Shown here: positions 1 to 13,979 of the stretch, one piece after another
Position numbering within the stretch: position 1 is the first letter of the stretch
Layout: each line of letters begins with the position of its first letter
From: Fimbriosthenelais zetlandica
Taxonomy: Eukaryota
Direction of reading: 5' to 3'
Length of the DNA stretch: 64,000 nucleotides
NCBI GenBank assembly: GCA_977030845.1
Contig: OZ365114.1
Coordinates: 25,172,001-25,236,000, forward strand
Made by a program: the position numbers and the translations under genes
Notes under the pieces: generated by a model
Told to the model about the DNA's origin: nothing
Databases searched by the model: none
Seen by the model: only the letters and a program-made list of their open reading frames with translations

Positions 1-439
1 TAGCAAGTCCAATCATATCTGCTACACTCAGACTGTTATTATTATTAGAGAGAATACTTTGGGTGCTGTGTTTGAGAACTAGTGGGGTGGTTTGGGTATG
101 AGGAGTGAGGGAGGAAGGGGGTGGAGGGTGGAGAGATACAGGAGGAGACGCGGGAGAAATGGTGATAGGATCGATGGTTTCCCCCAGTAGAGAGTCGCGG
201 TCATCTCCAGTAACACTGAGAGGGGAGCTGGGGCTGATGCTCCGACTCCGGCACATGCTCCCACTCCTCATATCCCGCCCCCGTCCTCCGCCGCCCACAC
301 CGCCGCTCATGTCGTCGTCAGACCCGGCATCTGAACGTGCATAGTCCGTCAAACTGCCAACCCCAGCCCCGCCCAGAGCCGACGATGGCTTGTTCTGTCC
401 CTCAAATGATTTAGATACAAATTCAGTTAGTCCTTCCAT
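1..439 (-). CDS. shox: Short stature homeobox (SHOX/SHOX2) orthologue, first coding exon, partial (continues beyond window start)
   Basis: ATG at 439 opens a stop-free frame to the window edge (146 codons): MEGLTEFVSKSFEGQNKPSSALGG...SPSSPLSVTGDD...LSVADMIGLA. The N-terminus matches the vertebrate SHOX/SHOX2 start MEELTAFVSKSF. An AG acceptor (442-441) with a CTGAC branch-like motif lies 1 nt before the ATG. The homeodomain is outside the window, so the call rests on the N-terminal motif. Confidence 0.8.
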   Translation of the reverse strand, partial: MEGLTEFVSKSFEGQNKPSSALGGAGVGSLTDYARSDAGSDDDMSGGVGGGGRGRDMRSGSMCRSRSISPSSPLSVTGDDRDSLLGETIDPITISPASPPVSLHPPPPSSLTPHTQTTPLVLKHSTQSILSNNNNSLSVADMIGLA

Positions 440-440
440 A

Positions 441-828
441 CTGTCAATTCAATTTTTGTCAGTATGCTTGACTACAATTGCAAGGTTTTGCTTTTGTGTT
501 GGTCTTTTAAATCTTGTTCGATTCACTCCTTTGAATTTTTATAGATTTTGGCCATATATCTAAAGAGTGTTGCGTGACTAAAGACATAAATTTGAATTTT
601 TTCTCTGGTGAGGAGGCAGTATTAAAGAGATAAGGAAGCGATTTACAGAGAGATTATATGACAAGGCTGTACTAATTTGCATCAAACTCTCAAAATAATC
701 TGGTCGATATAACCGTCAATAGATCTATTGTTCATGGGTGCCTCAAATGTGTATTTGTTCCTTCCCAAAATGTTTCAATATATTTCCTTGTTATGACTCC
801 ACTAGTGGAGAAGCCCTTGACAGGTTAC
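441..828 (-). other. Probable 5'UTR intron of shox
   Basis: Donor CAG|GTAACC at 828 and acceptor GACAG at 442-441 on the - strand; the upstream exon is AT-rich with no convincing coding frame. Confidence 0.5.
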
Positions 829-1597
829 CTGCAGGAACTGATTAGTAATAAATTAATTGATATTATAATTAAATATTTTGTGTTAAAATGTTGGGAAGTA
901 GCATCAAATCTCCGTCACAAAGTCGCGACCAAAGCAATTTTGGCGCGAATTGCTTTTAAATTTTTGAACCTCTTTGAAAAACTATAGCTATGTCCTATTT
1001 ATAGCTTTTTGGGGTTTAAATTTGTATCACGTGGACAATATAATTGGAGGGTGTCCAATTATGTCCCTGTTTGCATACATGGATCTACTTTTGATTCCAC
1101 TTTTGTCACCGTAAGTGGGACACCGGATCCAAAGTTAGTGACAGCCTTCAAAAGAAAGGGCGTTGGATCTTTTCCTTTCTGGTGGGAGGATAACAATGCA
1201 ATCGTCCTGAGTCTTGGTAATTTAGATACCAATGATAGTCTGAGTGAGAAATCAATAAATATCCCATGTGTGAAAGTGTGTAGTCCTCTATGTCTGTACC
1301 GCATGAGTAGTAGTGGCGTCACCAATGTCTTGTGCCATGTATACACAAAGTTGCAGGCTTCCTTCACTTGGTTGTACCCGTTCAGATTGCCTTCATCTTC
1401 TGTAGTGAATTCTTCTCCTTCCTCCTGGCCTTTAGATCCCTCCGCCCGCCTATAAGGTCACTCCTCCAGTAGGGTAGTGGTGTGTGAGATGGAGAGGATA
1501 GGCTCTGGTGGGGGGTGGTGTAGGTGGGCTGGCCTCAGAGCGGACACTGTGGTCGGTGAGTCGTGGGCCTCATGTCTCATCCAGGCCCTCCACTCTG

Positions 1598-1611
1598 GCG
1601 CCACCTACTAG
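1598..1611 (-). promoter_or_regulatory. CTCF-like site upstream of shox
   Basis: CTAGTAGGTGGCGC on the - strand, one mismatch from the CTCF core consensus, in a GC-rich island near the presumed shox promoter. Confidence 0.35.
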
Positions 1612-4600
1612 CGTCAGATAGCGTCAGCAGTGAGAGGGAAAGTGGCGCTTATAATATTACAGGTATAGGAAAGGATTCCCAGCTTCAAACACGGACGCGC
1701 AAAGAGCATTACTGAAGGATCCAAGGCTGAAATTTACTTTCTAAAGTAGGCAACAGATTCTCCAGGGATATATTTTGTTCAAAGGTTCAATTTGACAGTT
1801 TGTTTCATGAAGAGAAGAGTGAAGCATTGTCAATTGATACCCATGGGACTTCTGCATGCATTTCTAGAAAGTGAACAGCAAGACTGAGCCACAGACATGG
1901 ATTATGCCTGTAAATGTGTGCAGAGAAATGGCAAAATGGGATCACCTGTGACGTAGACTTCAAAATCCCAAAGTTTCAATGACGATGACTGGTAATCAAC
2001 GCGCGCAATCATTGGTCTGACTTTGGTCATGGCATACGTTGGCGGAGATCATTAAATTTTCAAATTTAAATGTACATATTTGCCTCTGATTTTCATGATA
2101 TAAAGCCGTCGACAGCACAATATTCTTCACCTCATAATCATCATAAATTATCACATCTTGCCTTCCCAAGTCTCCCACCACTACTTGGCAGATGTTCATT
2201 TCCACTATAGTATTTTATGTTCTTTTCTGGCCCTTATCAGGATTGAGATTTTTTTTTCTTCTCAAACTGCATTCGCATTATCTCCGCGCATACAAGATAA
2301 TCATGACAGCCTTGGTTTGTTCCACGTGTTGTATATCCATTAAAACTGTTGTCACACAATAATAAAGTATACATACACAGGCAATATATTGAATAAACTC
2401 AAAATCCAGCTGAGCATGACGGGTGGTGCGAGAGATCATATCATATTGCTTCTACACCAATTACAGTCAGGTGGAAGAGAGGCAATCCGACAATAATAGC
2501 TCGGTGGGGCCATTTCAAAGTCAATTTCAGATATCGTACACTTGAAAAAAATCAAGATGTTATCAAGAATGTCTAGATTCAAATATTCAGCCCTATGGCT
2601 GCTGCAGGCAGCACATTGTCCTAATAATTGATATGCAGAAGGAGACAAAGGCTCATATGTCACACTTTGGCGTAAAATTCATCCAACAATAAAGCACCAT
2701 TTGCTGCATAAATGTCTATAGGAAAAGATACATACATCAGAAAACAGAGATGTGCTCCAGTCTCTCAACATGTTTATCTCCTTCAGTTGTTCTAGTTTTG
2801 TGTTTTGGGCATTGTGTTCTTAGACACCATAATAATAGGAGCAAGGACACACTGAGGGGTAGACTGCTATTTTGGCAACTTAAGATAAGATCATGCAGCA
2901 AATCTACACACAGAGTCACGATAACCTATTGTTGTACTAAGTTAATACATACATAAACATCCAACTGCCTCAACTTGGCTTTTTATCAAGATCTTACATG
3001 TATTCACATAGCCGCAATATGATACACAACTAAAAAAAGGTTATGTATAAAATATCACATAACGGACTACCCATCCCATAATGAATACCATTTATTTCAA
3101 CAAAATCCTAAAATGTCTCATTTTATTTCTTTCTAATGACATTACATTTTTCTTTCTAACTTCAACGGCCCCATATGCAACGGCATGACCCCGTTCTTGA
3201 TCTTCAAAGGCCATGCAGCTGGAAAGTGACTTAGAAGATCCTATGTGTTTTTATTGAACCCCCAGATTTGATAATTTTAAATATGAGTGAGGGCAATGTG
3301 TAATATTTGAGTGTTCTTCAAGGGAAACTGGTTTAACATAGAGATGAAGGGCCCTCACATGCAGGCCACGCTAATGACTTGTACCACTTACTGAGAGCAA
3401 TTGATGCGCAATGCGTACCAAGGCCTTGCCCGGAGGGCATTAAAGCAAAGTTAAGAGGGTCTGTAATTAATGCATTTGGTGATTTAATTGGTGCTCATGC
3501 GTGTAGACATGCAAAATGACCATCTTTACTTCTCAATCTCCCCCGTGTTTAAATTGTCACATAAAATCCCACAACTTTAATTGGCTGATCTTTGAATATC
3601 CCCCCGAATAGAAGGAGTTAATTAAAAGTATTTTTCTTATTATGATCATGTCAGGCGATGTCTATCTGTGTATAGGTTTGATATATTCCTCGTGACATAC
3701 TAAACTGTGAATGGTATCTCCTGTTATATCAAGATCATTCTATCTCTCATTTGAATGAAATCCCTGCCGTCATTCTAGAAACAAGTAAACCGGCATTATT
3801 AAACTAGCATTGAAATTATCATAATAATCTAAGGATTGAATACGCTCTCGTCTCACTATGGCTTACTACAATGCCTTGTAGGTTGGACTGCTCTTAATGT
3901 TGGGGGAGGGGGAGATGCTGGGAAAGGACATCGATCAGAAGATATGAAGAAGGAAGGTCGGCTGGCAAGTGAGGAGAGGGTCGAATGATACGAATTACAA
4001 GGAATTCCTGATCATTTCAGCCAACACTTGAGACAAGCAAGCGTGAAACGACATCAGGGGGGGATTGGATGGGCTGGCATCGTGTTCCTAGCCCTAAGGG
4101 GGTAGTCTCATATGAATATTAACCCTATTAGGTGATCAACCCTCCCTATCTCCATGAATACTGCTCGTGCAAATATGCGCCAGCAAATTGAATTAATTAA
4201 CACGAGAAGGGATCCCATTCAGGCTGTATTTATGTCCTTTTGTGAGTGACTGCCACAGAAAAAAGGGGGCGCTTCACGCGGCTGTTACACTGCTCATCGC
4301 GGGCACAATCGACTGCAGTCTGCAGGAGCAAACGGTGTAAGACTTTATTATTATGAATATCACCTCACGGCTAATATTTTCTTCCCAAAAAACATCCATA
4401 GATGAAAATCAGTGTTACCCATATAGGGTTTATACTGTATGGGAATCACTTTATCAAATCCTGGGAAAAGAAGAAGACAAGTGTATAGAAAGAGAGACCG
4501 GGAGATGGAGAAGGTCAAGAAGAAGGGATGAAAGGAATGGCAGAAGCAGCATGAAGTTAAGCTGCTGAAAACAAAATGTAATTTATGATGTCAATGGGTT

Positions 4601-6060
4601 CGGTTGTCGCTAAATAAAGGAGCGGTCTGGTGGTAGGCGTTGAGGCGGCACCAAATGGTGGGTTAGCGGGCCTGCCCTGGTTCAGCCCACACGCTATCAT
4701 TAGCTCTATAGTCACCACGACAAGACAAGCTTTTCTATATAAGCCAAAAACCAAATTATAGGTATTAGGTATCAGCGACGAATCTAATTAGTGTTTATTA
4801 ACCGTGCCTTGCAACTTTACAAGAGTGTCATTGGTTGCCGACAGGCAAGGTCGGATGGCAGCAAAAAAAAAGAGAAGATGGTTTAAAAATCAACGGTTGA
4901 AGTTGGATATGAAGGGTCGGGGGTTGAATATGAGTATGGATGTTACTGTATTGAAGGATAGCATAGCTGTGTTACACAGGGTGATAATGGGTGGTGGGGC
5001 AAGTGTGACAAAAAGGAGGGCTGGTCACAGTTGAGAGTGACACCAGTGGGTGTTGATGATGTATCGGCTTTGCTAAAACAGGTGATATTCACGCGTGTTC
5101 TTTGCTTCACTACATCCAGCCCTTCTCACCTCCAGGGACCTGACGAGAGAGAGCTGTAATATCTACAGGCCCTGTACTTGATGCTGATCAAAAGGCTTAT
5201 TGCGATAAAGATGGTAGTGTATGTAGACAGGGTAGTTGCAATGTCTATAGCGGTCTCTATTATTTATGATCAGATTACCAACATTGCAGGGAAAGTCAAT
5301 CTATTGTCATTGGCATTGCCTCACTCAGACACATATTTCTAAAGATAATTAAGGCTAATAGGTGATGCAAAGACGTCCTCGAACAATATTTATGTGCTTC
5401 TCCCCAAAAAATAACCTGTATTGAATAGCGACTGTCTAACCTAGCGAAAATTGTCCACATTTCATCAAGAAAGCCAGATTTTCCATTGTGTTTTTTAAAC
5501 TTACAGAATAGCATACCTTATTTGGATATAAGATTTACTATTTTTATGTAATTTCAGCTTAGCAACAGCAAGGACTCTATGATAATTGTATGAGCAAGAA
5601 GTATTCTATGATATCATTGGAGTATCTTTGTCGGGACTTTCTTAATCAGGGATTACAATTGACTCAGTGTAGCCGTGACCGTGCTCCGCCCACCAATTCA
5701 CACCCACTCCCAGGCAAGGCGTCATAATTGCTTGCATGAAATGCGCACATCCTTTCCATTAATGGAACATGAATTTTTCAAATTAATCAAATGGATTTAA
5801 TGTGAGAAATTATGCAAGCATAGGACGTCGGGGCATGTCTTTGAATATTGGCCGCCACAAATGCCTCATTGTGTGGGACGACTTCATTGCCTACGCCTAC
5901 CCCCCACAACATCACAAGTCATCCCCTGCTTCAGTCTGGCCTTCTTCCTTTCTTCTTAAATTTGTTTCAAGCTCTCACATAGATATTCTCCTTCCGAATT
6001 CTTCTTTATAGTGTGTGTTTCTACACTGTCCACTTTGTGCTAAATGCTGGAATCATTTCA

Positions 6061-6180
6061 GAGCAATTGTGATATGGCATGAAGACCGTTGGATCGAACA
6101 ACTGTGGCATGGGGAATGGTAGAATGAGCAACTGTGGCACGGAGACTGTTGGACCGAGCAACTGTGGCAGGGGAACCATT
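6061..6180. repeat. Degenerate ~30-bp tandem repeat, 4 units
   Basis: Core GAGCAACTGTGGCA (or variant) at 6061, 6096, 6126 and 6156. Confidence 0.75.
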
Positions 6181-6249
6181 TCAAAACAATAGTAAAGTGT
6201 ATTTTATCGAAGTCCAAAGTATGAGAAAGCCCGATCGATAATTGTCCGA

Positions 6250-6450
6250 TTCTTAAAGGTTCCCATCATTGGAATAAGATTGAAGCTACATCAGGGTGGA
6301 AGGACAATCAAATCATCTATGTAGAACCTATAGCTCTACATCCCCTGTCTGACAAACTTCAGTGCTTCGCTACTCAGTATTGAATTTCTCAAATTGATGA
6401 TAAGCACATTTAGTCTCCCCTAATTAGCCTCCAGAAGAGTCAATTAGTTT
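6250..6450 (-). mobile_element. Decayed LINE reverse transcriptase fragment
   Basis: The - strand reads FVRQG(M*SYRF)YIDDLIVL, i.e. the RT QG and YxDD motifs collapsed by deletion. Confidence 0.45.
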
Positions 6451-7099
6451 CTGAAAAGCTGGCAGAAAATGTCACGCTAAAAAGATTCATCTTCCCCCAG
6501 ACGCCTAAGACCTGGTAATTTTATCTGCGGGGAGTGTCGTCCTCAAAGGTGCAAAAATTGAATAACTACCACTTTGGAGGGAGGAGGTGGACTTAATCCT
6601 CTGGCGGGGCTGTGAAGGGAGATGTGCACAACAGGTACGACCCCCTCACCAACTATTCAATAGCACACCAATTACCCCCTCTTTTGATCAAACTTTTAAC
6701 TCAGTCACGGCTAAAATTGCTCAGTAAATGGGCGGTTTTCTTTGTAATGCCGAAAGAAGAAGCTGCTACAGTTGATACAGTATACTTTTTGACTTGGGCT
6801 GACTTATTCCTCTAAAATAGATTGCCTTTCCCTTTCGTCACCTTTCAATTTGATCAGTTTTGTACTTTCGGAACAGTTGAATCGATTTGAAGCTGGCTTT
6901 GCATTGGGTCTGATGCTGGTAGGCCGATATAGCTATCAATGGCTAGGATATGTTAGAAAGAAGAGGACATTTCAGAAAGAAGTTATTCTGGTCGCGAGAT
7001 ATGAAACTCTTTGACATATTCATCGCTATTCATGCCATTACCCGACAAACAGCCTCACCGCCAATCGCAGGTAGATGACTGCTGGGCTTTGCTGTTTGT

Positions 7100-7300
7100 C
7101 CAATAAGACAAAAGAGACTTGGCTAAGATCGGATATAGCCGACTTTAATGAGAACATTAATGGGAATATTGGCAGACATGAAGAAGGTCAGGTTTTCTTG
7201 ACAAACTACACGATTTGGAAGTGGTGTAATGACAGAACCACCGCCAGGGACCGCCTTTTGTTTCCGGTAGAACTGATTATGGCCAGCAGAGTGTTTTCCT
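7100..7300 (+). mobile_element. Decayed LINE APE-endonuclease fragment
   Basis: ETWL...DFN...G..FL motifs in the frame of ORF 7075..7302. Confidence 0.4.
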
Positions 7301-10300
7301 AACGTGGTCGCCGGTAATGGGCCAGCCTGATACTTGAGACTTGATCCACAGCAGAACGAAGAGGATAAACTTTGCTGAATGTGCTGTTAGGCCCAATATC
7401 TTCATAATGTGGATGGTATTAAGGCTGATTAGTGCCCCCAGGATGATCAGGTTCTCTTTGAATTTCCACCAGCATCCGCTCCAGCCTTCTGCCCTTAAGT
7501 AAGGCCCATAATACCAAGTTAGCCGCCTCCTTATGGGCTTGACTGTGCAAACCTAACAGACAGAAGTGATATAAATTAGTGACAATTAAGGGACTGAAAA
7601 CAGACAATAAAGGCAGGAGGCCTTGCAACCCAAGACATTGGGTCTGATGGAGTGCATACCAGACGAGACGTGGAGGCTGGGTGCAAGCAGTAAGCTACAC
7701 AAGCCTGATGGGCAGCCCATCAGGAGGAAGACCCAGGAGGCATCTCACCTCACCCTTAATTACTAACTCACATCACCAGCCTCGAAGCTCCTCCCTAAAG
7801 GCCTGAACCCAACAATGGGCCTACATGATCCTCTCTCTGTTTCTGGTATAGATTCATGGATCATTCAATGATGACTAAACTAAAAAAAAATAATGTCTGT
7901 GTATTGATACAGATACAAGTTGTTAGAGAATGGTAAACTGATAAAGAATATTTTTCTAAAATCAAGGACTTGGTTTCAATCTTGATGCAGTAGGCCTATT
8001 GACTGATATGAAAATACAAATGCAAATACACGCTCCACCTGAATAAAGCAAGCAGATCTTAAGGGGTGAGGCCTGCGTGAATGGTACAGAAAATGCTGAC
8101 CTTCGAGATGTCACACCCAGGGTTGGTGGTCAAAGGGGGTGGTCAGTATGTGATGGATTATCAGCAAAGCGGGATCGGGCAGCCCAGTCTGCCAGCCTCA
8201 ACAAGCCCAAGTCCCCAATAACAGAGACTAATGCCTCATCTAAATGGTTTACTTCTGGCTTGTAACATAATTTGTATGCACCCTGTATACAAGGGCATCA
8301 CCATCGCATGTACTTCATTTAACGTCCAATGGAGAATAACTCCATTATCGCTCACGCGCCGGTACCGTCCTGTGACAGACAATAGACATAATGTAAACGA
8401 ATGTCGCAACAAAGTGGTTTACTTGGTAAACAGTTGAATTTAAAGGGTGCCCAGTCCTTTCACAATCGGCACCTACACTAATGGAAATGATCCCATAAGG
8501 CTTTGCGGCGGCCATGTTCGCCCGATTCATGAAAGTTTTAGAGGCCATCATGACACCACAAATTTAGAACAGACTCTCTTTTCACCATGAGAATGGTTAT
8601 AAACGAGTGGCAAAATGGGAAAAGAATTATAAAAGAATGGCACGAATGAATCATGGATGCAACAAAGAGTTGTTGAATAAAGTGGAATCAAGTAGGCCTA
8701 CAGACTTAGGGCTTCCGGTTAGGCTACCGTAATTCGGCATGGCCACCACCCGCGCGAAATTCAAATCGCTATTAGGCCTATAGCTGGGCCTATATGCTCT
8801 TTTTAGCTATGATTTGATATGCGTCCCATATGTTAATAACCTTATAATAGAAGAATATTCAGCATATTACCATTAATTAGCCATTAGGTCTACTAGTGAA
8901 TGGTAAAAATCAAATCTATGAAAGGTCAGTACTGAGTTAAGTAGTAGCTTAATTTAAAGTAGGTTCCATGTAAAGGCCAACCAATTACAGATCCACTTCG
9001 GAAATGAATAATATCTCTCAACTCAGATGTCATTGGATCTATTTGGAAAAATGAACAAAAAGAAACCCCATTAGGATAATGGCATGGAAGTCATCTAAGA
9101 CTTTCATTTCCCTGATCCGGGATTTATTTCTGTGCTAATGTGCTACACCGACATTTAATTGGTAAAAGGGTGTCTCCAAGGAGACGGCTGCATGGGAGTC
9201 ATGGTTAAGAGAAATTCAACATCCCATATAATCAGTAAATAGTATTTAGCAAATTGTAATCAACTATGCTGCATTTCTCATCAACATATTTGACATATTA
9301 TTTCATAAAAAATCTTCATATGCATGACATGTCTATAGTCTACTGATATTCGCACCCTTATACCCTAAAATAGGGTCATTCAAGACTACTGATCGTCAAT
9401 CGGCCCTGATTTCATTCCATTAATAGGAATATTTTGAACATATTAAAAAGAAAAAGCAAGCTACCCTTTTTCTCTTTTTCTTCTTTTTTGACATGTGGGA
9501 TTGTAATCTATGTTCCATAAGATTTGCCTCTGGTGCTGAGATGGATTTCCAGTAGTAAATATATCCTGTTGGAACTACAGGAAAGTGTTAAAAGCATCAC
9601 TTGCCTTGAGGATGGCGTGAGGACAGGCAGCACTGAGTAAGAGAAGTGAGAGGAGGATGATGGGGGATGGGGCAGGAGCATGGGGGAGAAAGAGGGAGAA
9701 TGATGGCCCCAGCCTCAGGCCATGCAGTTATGTAACAAATGGATCACTATCAGGGAGCCTTTGTTTGCTGAGGCAAGTTGTAATTACATTATCACCCGGG
9801 TCATAGAGCACTGCACATAACGAAACATCCTCATAATTGAAGCTGAAAGGGGACGCTTCACTATGAACACAATGGCAGATCGTCCGAGCCGCGCCGCTTG
9901 GGCTCTGATTGATTTCCATTCAACAAAATTGGCAAGTATTTGCATTTGGGCCAAGGCATGCTCGTTACTGGAGGGATAGAGCCTCGAGTAATTTGCAAAA
10001 GTGGGATGGAATGATTGAATTATTTTCATATCAAAAGAGAGGATTATCATCGATTTGTGGTGCGTAAATTTAGAAAATGCTCGGTCATGCACTTGTCTCG
10101 CATGCTTATATTGTATTCTTAGGAATATTGATAGCACTTTGATTCAAGATTATGCTGCAAAGATGATGATTGAAATATGGTCCACTGAGTTCCCCCAATG
10201 TCTTTTTAGACTCCGAATTAGTTTCCATTTAGAAATGTCCATCTATATAATATTGTACAGAACAGATATCTTTAATTATTTCCAGCAGAAGTTATAGACA

Positions 10301-13300
10301 TCCTAAATCCAATGACAAAGTGCGACTGTGGTTCGCGCCATTGGATTTCAAATATTCTGGCACCCCTTTGGCAAATCCTAGGCATTACTCCTTGCACTAT
10401 CCGTAGTCCAAAAGTGGCCAGATATTTCAATGTTGGTGACGTTTACAGCAGTCCTATCCTGCCCTTAGATTATCATCAATATACCAACAATTTTGTAACG
10501 GAAACTGCTAAAGATCTTTAGCAGTACTCTTATGAACTCACTTCATTTGGGCACATGCACACTTTCTAGGGAAAAACTTTACTCTTTATTTGGGCACATG
10601 CACATGCATGAAGGCAGCATGAATCTGTGTATCCATAGTGAAACAGAGCGGGTCTTCGATCGGGGTGCTGACACAAGGGGCAGAGGAGAAGGCAACAGCC
10701 AAAACTAACACACGGCAGATTAGCAGATTAAAGCTGGCGCAAAAACCCACCATCACGCCGCCCGCATGTCTATGGGTTTTAGCATGACATTTATTGGTCT
10801 AATAAGAGCTGATGTAACCTGGTATGGTGACTGTCTCCAGGGAAGATCAAGGCCTAAATGATGGCCTCTCTGGGTATCAGTCCGCCAACAATAGGCCCTA
10901 CCTACTCCCCCAGGATCCAATCAGCCCAGCCTTACGCCCATATGTTGATTTTGCCAGCCATATTAGAATTAGGGTAGATTTTATGTTGGGGAGGGGGGTG
11001 TATGGATGGATGGGGTTAAGTGAGAGTAGGTGGGAGAGTGAATGAGAAGGATCCATGATATCCTTGGAGGATTGATTCAAAATGGGATTCAACAACATTC
11101 TAATGATTCACATTAACCTCAAGTCTTCAAGTCCTTTAATGACCTATATATAGTGATACTATGTGTTGCTCAAATGTATAAACAGATATGAGTAGTGAAT
11201 CTTGAAGGGTAAAAGGGATGATATATTAATTAATATCATTTTTGATGCACTTAATCTACCCCTGGAGATCATTTTGATCTTCAGAATCGACTGCTACCAG
11301 GATGCTCCATAGGCATATATCATGCTTTTTGGAGTTCCGTAAAAGAGTGGAATGTGCATGCGCATGCCCTCAGAGGTATATCCGCCGACGTTATATATAT
11401 AAGGAGCAGAACATGCTTGATTCATGAAGGCTGCCATCATGAACTGATGGCTCCAGAGACTGAGGTATAGTTATGGGTGGACTATGGCAGCGCAAACAAT
11501 TAGTCTTCATATAAAATTCATGATTAATTTAGGCTGAGGGCCGGCGGCGCCCACTGGCCTGCTGATAGAGCTTCCTTTTACAAGCTCTATTAACAGAAGG
11601 GGCTGGATCAGGGCCCATGGGCTAATCCAATAAAGCACCACTAATATTCGCTTAAAACAAACGCGCTGAATTATTAAAACCTCTGCCCGCTTGGCTACAA
11701 ACAAAATCTAATTAAGTAAACAGGTTAATTATATGATATTGGCCTGGGCCGAGGAGGTGGGTGGGGAGAGCAAGGTTAAGTCCGCATGTGTCACATTGAC
11801 TGGCACGGTGATATTAGGCCAATCATATAAAGGAGCCTCCAGGGTCGGAGGGCATTAACCCGGTGGGAGTGGCTGGAGCACCCGGGAGGATGAGGCAGGG
11901 AGGCCGGCAGCCTGGGGCGGCAGGCACCGGCCTCAATGCTCATACCAGATACCTGCTGTGTCTTGCCAGTAGTAAAGGAAATTGGGGATTTCCTAAGGCT
12001 ATTCTAATGGTCGCAAATGATTCGACTGAGAGGGCATTCAATAGGCGAATTAATCAAGGAAATGATATAATTAATATGTTTGATTTGAGCGCATGCTGAG
12101 TTCCCGCACATTGATGAGTTGCCAAGTCCTGTCATTGTTCAGGGAAGACCAAGCATAAACTCACTATTTGTTGGGAATCATGGGAAAGTTCGTTCAGAAT
12201 TCAGTGGATATAATCTCATTAAGTTGGTTTATGAGTTAAGTAATGCAGTATACATGTACTTTTGAAAGTTATCAATGTATATGTACAGCCCAGCACTTTT
12301 ATTATAAAGCAGTGATTTGAATGTTTAAGGCAGAATGTCAGATGCTACGTAATCGAAAGGTCAAAATGATGCTTGACCTGAAGTATATGGGCCCAATTAG
12401 AAACAGCATTATGGAATTTCTATTATCTAAATGCACCAATAAAACTATCTGTCGTGGGTAATATCATGCCTACAGGCCCATCATCTTTCATACAGCTGCT
12501 AGATTTATATGCTATTGACTTCGTTTTGAGTATTATAACCTATTAGGTGGGGAGAACAACAAAGTGTATGGGTCTGTTGTTTGCAGCTCATTGGTGGAAG
12601 AGTCACGCACGCTGACATGACTTTTGACACCTGGTGAAGACGCTCAGGCCACCACTGACTCCTCATAAATTCTCACAGACACCCCAGCCACAATCCCCGA
12701 GAAGAAGATGGCGTGAGAATATCAATTATGTTACCATGACAACTCCTCCGTCACCAAACCTATACACCAATGCTGTACTTGTAGGTGTGAATACGGACAG
12801 GATAATGAATATTAATAATCCTTCCCTGTTAAAACCATATCATTTGTCATATGCCTGGTGTCCAATTCTGCTTCTAGTCTCTATAATGTTGAAATAGTTT
12901 AAAGAGAAAGCTTACAAGAAGGTATGTGATTAAAAAGAGGTTATGTACCGAAATTTGGCTGCTTCAGAGTGTTAATGTCAATATAAAAGAAATGATTGTA
13001 GGCCTTTTCTCCTACATGTATGCGTACTAGGTATGAACGCTGTAAGTAAGGATACCATGCACCACTTCTTGATTTACTAAAGAATCCCATGCAATGCATG
13101 TTTCAGTGTCTGGAACACTCAGCCACCAAAATGTATACATGTCTTACAAATAAGGCTCATTCAACTTTAAATCAATCCCTTTAACTAGGCACGATTTGTT
13201 TCTTAGGCATGAAATATTATTCAAGTTACCTTGTTAGCCTCTTGCATGAATATATCGACCAATAATCGACTGAAACATTTTGCACATGCAAAGCCAATGT

Positions 13301-13979
13301 ATATTCATGCCAACATGATGAATTCATTAACAATAATAAAACCAAGGCTCTTGAATTATCCTGCCCAGTATATGTGTGAAAGCAATAAAAATACATGCTA
13401 TCAAAGAAGCAGTTTTCGTGACATTCAAGTTGGTGGGATTGGAGACTTGCCTTGCCTTGCGCCTGACTTTTGTGAGCTTGGCTGTCATAAAGTGAGTGGT
13501 GCTGTAGGTTGATTACCCCAACAAGCCACCTAATAGCCATATTATATTAGGATAATGACAGTGATCTTTGAGATAAAAACCTGACTCAGGCTATGACCGT
13601 CATTGATAATAAACTATCCTTTGTTAGAGCGCTCCTCGGCCTGGCTTGATAGCCTAATCTTCCTGACGCTCACAATTCGTACACGGACAGTCCAATATGG
13701 CGAAAACTTCTGTCGGGCATTTTTTCCATGGCGCGTGACACCCAGTTGAAAATTGCTGGTGTGCCAGGAACATACAATGATGAAGATTTTAATGATTATA
13801 AGCCATGTAAGTCTCCATATCTTATCTCTATCAATATATAAATCTATGCATGTAGTTTAAGATAACGGACTTTTCCTTGAAGACCATGTAATGCCTTTAG
13901 GCCGGGCTGATTCCGGCGATTTTGTGTACAGAATTCTGTTGTATTAACCGTTGCATAGGAAAAATAAAAGTTAGTATAT

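Noticed and set aside
105-344. + strand 79-aa ORF
   Set aside because: Antisense to the shox coding exon.
1009-1455. 148-aa TTG-start ORF and the overlapping 102-aa ORF
   Set aside because: No domain or splice support; lies in the presumed shox 5' region.
5150-5260. GPCR TM3-like string on the - strand (IFIAISLLISIKYRAC)
   Set aside because: No other helices; better explained as a decayed LINE FIDxSKAFD motif or chance.
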